Program-made: the position numbers and the translations under genes
Source of the DNA: Macrostomum hystrix
Lineage: Eukaryota; Animalia; Platyhelminthes
Assembly (NCBI GenBank): GCA_950097015.1
Contig: CATNEN010000030.1
Span: 1,612,001-1,676,000 of the forward strand
Direction of reading: 5' to 3'
DNA length: 64,000 nucleotides
The notes under the pieces: generated by a model
Seen by the model: only the letters and a program-made list of their open reading frames with translations
Databases searched by the model: none
What the model was told of the DNA's origin: nothing
Shown: positions 40,760 through 50,600 of the stretch, one piece after another
How the letters are laid out: each line of letters begins with the position of its first letter
Position numbering within the stretch: the stretch's first letter is position 1

Positions 40760-40942
40760 TTCCATTCTATTCTATTACATTATATTCTATTCTATTCCAT
40801 TCTATTCTATTACATTCTATTCTATTACATTCTATTCTATTCTATTCCATTCTATTCTATTACATTCTATTCTATTACATTCTATTCTATTCTATTCCAT
40901 TCTATTCTATTCTATTACATTCTATTCTATTCCATTCTATTC
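40760..40942. repeat. (ATTCT)n array, duplicate of 36867-37049
   Basis: Identical order of variant pentamers. Confidence 0.95.
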
Positions 40943-40991
40943 TGTTTTTGTTACCTGCAATGATTCCCTTGTGCAGGTCGGCCAATATCAG

Positions 40992-41369
40992 GGGCTGGAT
41001 AGCTCAGTCAGTAAGGTGTCGGACTCTGGATCAGATAGATGGTCCTGGGTTCGGCTCCCGACCTAGTCTAGAACTATTCGTGCAGCCTTTGGCAAGCCAC
41101 AGTCTACTCAGCTGCAAATGAGTATCGACATTTCGTTCGGGTAATAATAATTCCGGCTAGGCGTGAACTAAAGCAGTTCTGTGCGGCAATTCAGTGGGGT
41201 TCGGATGCTGCCGATATGTTTGGAAAAAATAAATTCCATTGCTGACACGCGGCTGTCAACCGGTGTCCGAGAGAGCCGGGGTGTGCAGTCACCACCTGCT
41301 AGTGTGCTTGACACACAACACCTGCACTGGCCCTTGGGTCTGGTGTCAATTATTATTATTATTATTATT
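40992..41369 (+). mobile_element. tRNA-derived CORE-type SINE, family 1, copy 1
   Basis: A box TAGCTCAGTCAGTAAGG, B box GGTTCGGCTCC, CORE-like GCAGCCTTTGGCAAGCCAC..CAGCTGCAAATGAG, (ATT)n tail, TSD AATATCAG at 40984-91 and 41370-77. Confidence 0.85.
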
Positions 41370-41769
41370 AATATCAGACTGAACAACTGGGGCAGGTAGT
41401 TCAGCTTAAAGGGCTTCGCTCTGTCAATGGTGCGAATTCCAAAGCCGAAGGCGGGTGAGAGGGGATTCCCAGTCAGGCTTTCTAAAAATGGCAACAACTC
41501 GCAAATGTCCTGCAACCAATCAGAGAGTTTGAAGGCGGATTTTCCTCTATTTACCAACAAGTGTACATATATGTGTACATTTATGCTTCAACACGCAGGC
41601 TGCTCAACAGTCGACATCCAGACTGAGGCAGGCAGGAATCGCCTGGTGAAGACCTTCAGGTTGGCCGTCAAGGATGGCTGCGGTATTTTGGAGAGTCTGC
41701 GAGACAGCATGCTGAGTAGGGTGAGCGCGACGTGGTCACATAAACAATAGGGACCTCTATGGCACATTT

Positions 41770-41990
41770 CTTAGAAATCCTACAGAAATTTCCTAGAAAT
41801 TCTACATAAATTTCCTAGAAATTCAACATAAATTTCCTAGAAATGCAACAGAAATTTCCAAGAAATTATACAGAAATATCCTAGAAATTATACAGAAATT
41901 ATACAAAAATTATACAGAAATTATACAAAAATTCTACAGAAAGTTCCTAGTAATTCTACAGAAATTTCCTAGATATTCAACAGAACTTTT
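41770..41990. repeat. Degenerate AT-rich ~11/22-bp repeat (AGAAATTTCCT/AGAAATTCTAC)
   Basis: Seen directly. Confidence 0.75.
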
Positions 41991-42378
41991 TTTATTCTAC
42001 ATATATTTCGATAGATACCTAACTGCCACATCAAGAACTTCTTCTAAAAGCGTAGAAATCCTACACTCCTAATTCTTAGATGTTCTGCATACCTTTCCAA
42101 GAAATGAATATCTTCTCGTAATAATAAGTGGATGAAGCCTCTAGGTCACCTTTACAGGCAGTAAAGCTTTCTGCGCCTTTCGAGTTGACCTGCAGCAGGT
42201 CATTTGACCTCCTGACCGAGAGTTTACCTCTCGAAGTTATCAGCGAGTCGTTCGTTTTGACATTGAACTGCGGCCTCAGCATCAAGATTCGACAGGCCTG
42301 GTGGTTGCCGCTGACTTTAAAGTTTCCAGCGAAAACCGACGCCCAGCTCGTCAGCAAAGTGACGTACGACTTTCTTGG

Positions 42379-42426
42379 TAAGGGTTAGGGTTAGGGTTAG
42401 GGTTAGGGTTAGGGTTAGTGGGGTTA
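42379..42426 (+). repeat. Interstitial telomeric repeat (TTAGGG)5 plus degenerate units
   Basis: Perfect units at 42385-42414. Confidence 0.95.
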
Positions 42427-42499
42427 ATTTCTTTAGATCTCAAAGACGGCTGCCGATCGGATGCTTTTGATGAAGGTCCCGACGGTCACCGCCGATGCT

Positions 42500-42800
42500 G
42501 GGGGCTGGTGACTTAAATGCAGAGAACAAAGGTCCGTACGACAGATGGACTCAGATTATTGAACCAATATGGGTTCGCCTTCGAGTTTTACACAGAGCAA
42601 TGTTAATTGTCCTTGTCACCAGGGTCTTCGACAAGCATCGCTGAATATCTCGATGCTGCTGACTCGGACGGCTTTGAAAGTTAGTTCATCGTAAAGGGCA
42701 TAAAATTTTGATCCTTATGGTGGACTTTCTGTCATTTGGTTTGAGAACTATCGTGAAGGAGGCAGCGGGAATTTGAATACCCGCCGTAGTTTTTCAACTG
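42500..42800. mobile_element. Truncated copy of the CAGTAG/TTAA non-autonomous transposon family
   Basis: Similar to 60060-60326 (GCAATGTTA.TTGTCCTTGTCACCAGG, CTGAATATCT); ends CAACTG|TTAA. Confidence 0.6.
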
Positions 42801-42984
42801 TTAAGATACTGCTAGTAGCAACACAAGGATCTTCAGTTCTGCTATATCGTACTATTCTCATCTCTCTTCAATGGCAGTTGCTAACGAGTACTGTCAGAAG
42901 CTGAACAGGCCGGGATACTACTCTAACCAAACCTTTGGTATCCTGAAGCTGCCATTGTTCTTAACTTCTCAGCCATGTCACCTG

Positions 42985-43358
42985 AGGGCGGATAGCTCAG
43001 TCAGTAAGGTGTCGGACTCTGGATCAGATGGTCCTGGGTTCGACTCCCGACCTAGTCTAGAACTATTCGTGCAGCCTTTGGCAAGCCACAGTCTACTCAG
43101 CTGCAAATGAGAACCGACATTTCGTCGGGTAATAATAATTCCCGCTGGCGTGGAATAAAGCAGTTCTGTGCGGCAATTCTGTGGGGTTTGGATGCTGCCG
43201 ATATGTTTGGAAAAAAATTCAATTGCTGACACGTGGCTGTCAACCGGGTGTCCGAGAGAGCCGGGCAGTACAATGGGTGTGCAGTCCCCAACTGCTAGTG
43301 TACCTGACACACAACTCCTGCACTGGCCCTTGGGTCTGGTGTCAATTATTATTATTAT
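42985..43358 (+). mobile_element. tRNA-derived CORE-type SINE, family 1, copy 2, inside a pseudo-exon
   Basis: Aligns with 40992-41369; B box GGTTCGACTCC; (ATT)n tail; diverged TSD ATGTCACCTG/ATGTTAGCTG. Confidence 0.85.
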
Positions 43359-43953
43359 ATGTTAGCTGCTCTGTCTGGCCAACTAATGGCCTCATGCGAC
43401 TACCACATTGCCATACAGAGCTGGGCTAACCTGAAACTAACCATTAAGCGCAACATCGAACAGTACAGTATCGAGTTTGACTGTCGAGTCCAAACATTTA
43501 TTCGGCGCGTGAATCCGCGACTTGTGCTGACCACTGTAGAGCGCGACTCCAACAGTCCTGGCTTGTGGACAGAGAGACAGCTGGAGCTCTGCCACGGCCA
43601 GACAGCGGGTTCGCTTGGCCCCACACCCAGCTTGATGGTTGACGGCTATGTGGACATTAGACAGGTATGAAAATCGGTCATTTGGTTTGGGAGCTTTCGT
43701 GAAGCAGACAGGATGCAGGCAGTGGGTATTTTAAATGCCCCATAGCGTATGAGAAATAGCAGCTCCTTCTACCGCTAAGTGTGTTGATCCTTCATTAATT
43801 TACTCGGCGCAATTCAAGAAAGTTTAGTCAGCATGACCAGTGTTTAAAGTGAAGGTAAATTTCAAACCAGATAACCATTGAGTGTCCAATGCTGCTTAGA
43901 CCACAGATTCTATATTCTATATTACACAGGTAATATAGAATCTGTGGCTTAGA

Positions 43954-44268
43954 TAATTGATTACACCTGCCCTAATCGAGTCAGATGTGCAGCCGACAGC
44001 ACAGCCGCAGCTATTGCGCGGCGCATCTGAAGGCTGCTTACGGCTGTTCAGTCCATGGACTGGGGGGACGCCACACCCACCTTCAATTATCCCAGCTGAT
44101 GCTGGTACCCATTTAACAGCTGGGTGAACTGAAGCAATGCAGAGTTAAGTGTCTTGCAAAAGGACACAAATTGTTTAAGTGGAGACGGGAATCGTACCCC
44201 CGACCTTCAAGTCGTGAGTCCGACGCCCTAACCACTACGCTACAACCTCTTTTGTAGCCAAAAGAGGT
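43954..44268 (-). mobile_element. tRNA-derived CORE SINE, family 2
   Basis: Minus strand: TAGCGTAGTGGTTAGGG (A box), GGTACGATTCCC (B box), GTGTCCTTTTGCAAGACACTTAACTC..CAGCTGTTAAATGGG (MIR CORE-like); TSD TGTGGCTTAGA at 43943-53 and 44269-79. Confidence 0.8.
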
Positions 44269-44646
44269 TGTGGCTTAGACAATGGTTATTAACTTTATTA
44301 ACTTACGATTTTCTTGTGCCAGAGCGATGGAACCTCCGGCCATTTGAAATCTCATATCGGATTCTGGCATCTGTTCAACGTAAGCCAACTCGGCAGAAAC
44401 CGTGGCCGCACCGCAGCAGCAGCAGTGTGTGGTTAGATCACCTGATACAGTACGTGACTAGGCAGAGTTTTAGACGCACGCACACACTCCATCTGTCTTC
44501 AAATTTACCCAATTCGAGATTGTTTATATAAATGGAGCAACATAAAAGACACCTGCTAGGTGAGCGCGATGAATGTCAACCATTAACATTCGCAGTTGCT
44601 TGGCAAAAACGCTCAGCCAAGTTTGACCAACAGTCACCGCAGCACA

Positions 44647-47600
44647 ATGCTCCGTGTCAACTCCTGGTTCTGGCTAGTCCTGCTGGCTTTGCTGCGGCCC
44701 AGCTTCGCTTGTCCTGCCATCGCGCAGAGTCAGACCAGCAGCGGCCAGCAGAGCCTGACCACCAGGTACTCAATCACCTCACACTACGGCTATGAGACTG
44801 GCGATTCATACTCAAGTCAAACCATCTGCAACTGGGAGGTCGGCGCGCCGGAACCCGGCAAGTCCTGGCGAGTCACATTTGATCGAATCGAACTCGAGGT
44901 CTCCAGCTCTGCGCAGAGATGCAAATACGACAATCTGACGGTGAAGTACGTGTTTAACAATCAAAGCCTGACTCGAGTGCTGTGCGGAATACACAACGGC
45001 CTAGTCCTGGTCACTGATAGAGGGTTCAGCTTGATGTTCCAGACTGACTCCAGCGTCAACATGCGCGGCTTCATGATCCACTTTGAAGCCATCAGCCGCA
45101 GCGAGGGCAACAGAATGATTGCAACGAGCCAGATTAGCCCCATCTTCCTAAATAATGGTTTGTACTTTTGTAGTGCATGATTAGTGCACTACACTGCACT
45201 TTCTGTATTGTCTATGAGAAATTGTCATTAATTTTGGTTGGAGCTAGCACAAAGCTTCTAATGAATTTTGCTTGCTTCTTTGCAATTATTAATTAAGTTT
45301 GATAAGATAGAGATACCCACACCCACATCTTATCCTGTGTTGATGAGACTTCTCTCGTCAGGATATGCCTTTGACAAGTATGTATACTTGACCAGTAATT
45401 TTTGGAGCTTGGTAGACCGGTTGTGATTAAATACACACCAACCGGACCTATTGAAACTCAGACAGGACCTATTTAAACACCAACTGGACCTATTTAAACA
45501 CTAACTGGACCTATTCAAACACCAACTGGACCTATTCAAACACCAACTGGACCTATTCAAACACCAACTGGACCTATTCAAACACCAACTGGACCTATCC
45601 AAACACCAACTGGACCTATCCAAACACCAACTGGACCTATCCAAACACCAACTGGACCTATTCAAACTCAGACAGGACCTATCCAAACACCAACTGGACC
45701 AATTCAAACACAAACTGGACCTCTTCAAACTCAGACAGGACCTATCCAAACACCAACTGGACCTATTCATACACCAACTGGACCTATTCATACACCAACT
45801 GGACCTATTCATACACCAACTGGACCTATTCATACACCAACTGGACCTATTCATACACCAACTGGACCTATTCATACACCAACTGGACCTATTCATACAC
45901 CAACTGGACCTATTCAAACACCAACAGGACCGGCCATTTGTCACTTCCAATCAAGCCGATTCCAGCCTGCTAAAATTTTCCCTAAAATCTTAATTTCCCC
46001 TCCAGCAAAGTAAAATTTTCGTTAAACCTTAAGTGTCCCTCGTGAACACTCAAAAACTTCAGGAAATGCGAACTCCTGTGACAGGCGTAAAATCAGCGGC
46101 ACGCCAAAGCTATTCCTTGGCCGTTGGTACAACACAAGCATCATTTACATGTCTACTATTGACGGGACCTACATGCACAATGCCGACTGCAGTTGGACAT
46201 TACCAGCCCAAAATCAGCCTCTATCGCCGGGAATGGGTCTCTACGTGAAATTTGAGCAGGTGCAGTTAGAAGGCCGACAGGGAGCTTGTGTACTGGACAA
46301 CCTCAGCGTCACTTATCAGCTGTATCACTCTACAGCAAAGCGAGTATTTTGCCAGCTCAACGACAGTGTCACTTTGGTTACCAGGTACAACGTCCTCCTG
46401 GAGTTGCGAACTGATTCAACAATTGGCACCGGCCTCAATGTCACGTGGTTCGTGGCGCCATACACTGGCACCATGAGCGGACCAATAACAACCAGCCAGG
46501 AGTTCCTGCAAGGTTGGAAGGCATCTCATTCTCACCATGAGTGCTGCCATCGATTATATATTCCCTTGTTCAAGTGTCATTCCCAGTGCTCGAGTGTCAT
46601 TCCCATTGCTCGAGTGTCATTCCCAGTGCTCGAGTGTCATTCCCAGTGCTCGAGTGTCATTCCCAGTGCTCGAGTGTCATTCCCAGTGCTCGAGTGTCAT
46701 TCCCAGTGCTCGAGTGTCATTCCCAGTGCTCGAGTGTCATTCCCAGTGCTCGAGTGTCATTCCTAGTGCTCGAGTGTCATTTCCTGATCCCACTCTCCAC
46801 AGAGCAGTGCCCGCCATTTTTACGGACGTCTTCCGGTGGCACAATCCCACTGTACTATTACCCGCCTCTGTCATATGAGCCTGGCATGACGTGCACCTGG
46901 AACATTGATATTCCGCCGGGCAAGCTAGCCGAGTTTCGCTTTCGTCGCTTCGAGCTTGGTCGAAGTCGATCGAGAATGATACGAAACCGTATGAAGTCCT
47001 ATTAATATGAAATATGAATATGAAAACTTCTCAGTGTGTCAGTTCCTAATCCACAGCTTAGATTAGTGAGTCAGTTCCTAATCCACAGCTTAGATTAGTG
47101 AGTCAGTTCCTAATCCACTGCTTAGATTAGTGAGTCAGTTCCTAATCCCCAGATTAGATTAGTGAGTCAGTGTTCCTAATCCACAGCTTAGATTAGTGAG
47201 TCAGTGTTCCTAATCCACAGCTTAGATTAGTGAGTCAGTTCCTAATCCACTGCTTAGATTAGTGAGTCAGTTCCTAAATCCACTGCTTAGATTAGTGAGT
47301 CAGTTCCTAATCCACAGCTTAGATTAGTGAGTCAGTTCCTAATCCACTGCTTAGATTAGTGAGTCAGTTCCTAATCCCCAGATTAGATTAGTGAGTCAGT
47401 GTTCCTAATCCACAGCTTAGATTAGTGAGTCAGTGTTCCTAATCCACAGCTTAGATTAGTGAGTCAGTTCCTAATCCACAGCTTAGATTAGTGAGTCAGT
47501 TCCTAATCCACTGCTTAGATTAGTGAGTCAGTTCCTAATCCCCAGATTAGATTAGTGTGTCAGTGTTCCTAATCCACTGCTTAGATTAGTGAGTCAGTTC

Positions 47601-50600
47601 TTAATCCACAGCTTAGATTAGTGTGTCAGTTCCTAATCCCCAGATTAGATTAGTGAGTCAGTGTTCCTAATCCACAGCTTAGATTAGTGAGTCAGTGTTC
47701 CTAATCCCCAGATTAGATTAGTGAGTCAGTGTTCCTAATCCACAGCTTAGATTAGTGAGTCAGTGTTCCTAATTCACAGCTTAGATTAGTGAGTCAGTGT
47801 TCCTAATCCACAGCCTAGATTAGTGAGTCAGTGTTCCTAATCCACAGCTTAGATTAGTGAGTCAGTTCCTAATCCACTGCTTAGATTAGTGAGTCAGTTC
47901 CTAATCCACAGCTTAGATTAGTGAGTCAGTTCCTAATCCACAGCTTAGATTAGTGAGTCAGTGTTCCTAATCCACAGCTTAGATTAGTCAGTCAGTGTTC
48001 CTAATCCACAGCTTAGATTAGTGTGTCAGTTTCTAATCCACAGCCTAGATTAGTGTGTCAGTTCCTAATCCACAGCTTAGATTAGTGAGTCAGTTCCTAA
48101 TCCACTGCTTAGATTAGTGAGTCAGTTCCTAATCCACAGCTTAGATTAGTGAGTCAGTGTTCCTAATCAACAGCTTAGATTAGTGTGTCAGCTCCAAATC
48201 CACAGCTTAGATTAGTGAGTCAGCTCCAAATCCACTGCTTAGATTAGTGAGTCAGTTTCTAATCCACAGCCTAGATTAGTGAGTTAGCTCCTAATCCACA
48301 GCTTAGATTAGTGAGTCAGCTCCAAATCCACAGCTTAGATTAGTGAGTCAGCTCCAAATCCACAGCTTAGATTAGTGAGTCAGCTCCAAATCCACTGCTT
48401 AGATTAGTGAGTCAGTTTCTAATCCACAGCCTAGATTAGTGAGTCAGCTCCTAATCCACAGCTTAGATTAGTGAGTCAGTTTCTAATCCACAGCCTAGAT
48501 TAGTGAGTCAGCTCCAAATCCACAGCCTAGATTAGTGAGTCAGCTCCAAATCCACAGCCTAGATTAGTGAGTCAGCTCCAAATCCACAGCCTAGATTAGT
48601 GAGTCAGCTCCAAATCCACAGCTTAGATTAGTGAGTCAGCTCCAAATCCACAGCTTAGATTAGTGAGTCAGCTCCAAATCCACAGCTTAGATTAGTGAGT
48701 CAGCTCCAAATCCACTGCTTAGATTAGTGAGTCAGTTTCTAATCCACAGCCTAGATTAGTGAGTCAGCTCCTAATCCACAGCTTAGATTAGTGAGTCAGT
48801 TTCTAATCCACAGCCTAGATTAGTGAGTCAGCTCCAAATCCACAGCCTAGATTAGTGAGTCAGCTCCAAATCCACAGCCTAGATTAGTGAGTCAGCTCCA
48901 AATCCACAGCCTAGATTAGTGAGTCAGCCATGGGTCAGTCCTAATCCACAGCTTAGATTAGTGAGTCAGCTCCAAATCCACTGCTTAGATTAGTGAGTCA
49001 GTTTCTAATCCACAGCCTAGATTAGTGAGTCAGCTCCAAATCCATTGTCTCACATTGCCAGGCTACTGCTCACCAATCGACGACAGGGTGGTGATTATTT
49101 TTCAGCGGTTCTATAATCCCAGCCAACGGGAGTTGCTGAGTCTGTGTTCCATGTCAGTGGTCAGAAACGATCATGTGATTGCGACCTCTGTTGGCTCGGC
49201 AACCGTCACGTTCGTTTCCCGTCATTATCGAACTACACGACGGGGAGCGCATGGATTTGTACTCGATATAGAGTTCAAGAACATTAGACCTACAGGTGAT
49301 AATTGCCTTAGTCAAAACAAATCACTCTGACCCCATCCTGAATCACTCTGACCCCATCCTGAATCACTCTGACCCCATCCTGAATCACTGACCCCATCCT
49401 GAATCACTCTGACCCCATCCTGAATCACTCTGACCCCATCCTGAATCACTCTGACCCCATCCTGAATCACTCTGACCCCATCCTGAATCACTCTGACCAC
49501 ATCCTGAATCACTGACCCCATCCTCCATCACTGACCCCATCCTCCATCACTGATCCCATCCTGAACTTCACTTCTCCCAACCTCATCCCATCCGCCCTTG
49601 CACAGGTCCCAGCACCTGTCCGGAGGTTCGTCGGCTTGACAACTACAGGAGAGTGGTCGCTCTGAGGCCCGGTGAGCAACCATTTCTATATGGGATCACT
49701 GAATGCTCGTGGAGTCTCGCGCCACGCGACCAGCAGCACCTCATGGCCCTGAAACTCTCCATGGATTATCAAAATAGTTATGGACGCTATCCCAGCAGAC
49801 TAACGAACCCTTATTTTTATTGGTCTGGTCGAGACTATGGCCGGTGAGTTGAAATACGAACTTTGGTGATTGGATAAACTTGCATCCCAACAACTCAGTT
49901 AGTCTACTAAATTAGCGATCCCCCTCAGTTAGTCTACTAGATTAGCAATCCCCCTCAGTTAGTCTACTAGATAAGCAATCCCCCCTCAGTTAGTCTACTA
50001 GATTAGCAATCCCCCTCAGTTAGTCTACTAGATTAGCAATCCCCCTCAGTTAGTCTACTAGATTAGCAGTCCCACTCAGTTAGTCTACTAGATTAGCAAT
50101 CCCCCCTCAGTCAGTAGAATAGATTAGCAATCCACACCTCAGTCAGTAGATTAGATTAGTAATCCACACCTCAGTCAGTAGAATAGATTAGCAATCCACA
50201 CCTCAGTTAGTCTACTAGATTAGCAATCCACACCTCAGTCAGTAGAATAGATTAGCAATCCACACCTCAGTCAGTAGAATAGATTAGCAATCCACACCTC
50301 AGTCAGTAGAATAGATTAGCAATCCACACCTCAGTCAGTAGAATAGATTAGCAATCCACACCTCAGTTAGTCTACTAGATTAGCAATCCACACCTTAGTT
50401 AGTAGAATAGATTAGCAATCCACACCTCAGTCAGTAGAATAGATTAGCAATCCACACCTCAGTCAGTAGAATAGATTAGCAATCCACACCTCAGTCAGTA
50501 GAATAGATTAGCAATCCACACCTCAGTCAGTAGAATAGATTAGCAATCAACACCTCAGTCAGTAGAATAGATTAGCAATCCACACCTCAGTTAGTCTACT

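Larger units (their letters stand above)
41599..44379 (+). pseudogene. Decayed paralog of exons 7-9 of the downstream CUB receptor gene
   Basis: Exons 41599-41720 (GCSTVDIQ vs GCSTVNIS), 42158-42377 (LKFPAKTDAQLVSKVTYDF vs LKFPEETDAQLISNVTYNF) and 42878 onward (YCQKLN..LPLF, WTERQLELCHG vs WIEQQLEMCHG). Same intron phases as the intact gene; interrupted by a SINE and a frameshift. Confidence 0.8.

Noticed and set aside
40992-41070. tRNA genes here and at 42985 and 44180
   Set aside because: tRNA-like heads continue into CORE domains and (ATT)n tails with TSDs, so they are SINEs
42801-42877. TTAAG at the TE end as acceptor for pseudo-exon 9'
   Set aside because: Alignment with the intact paralog favours the acceptor at 42877
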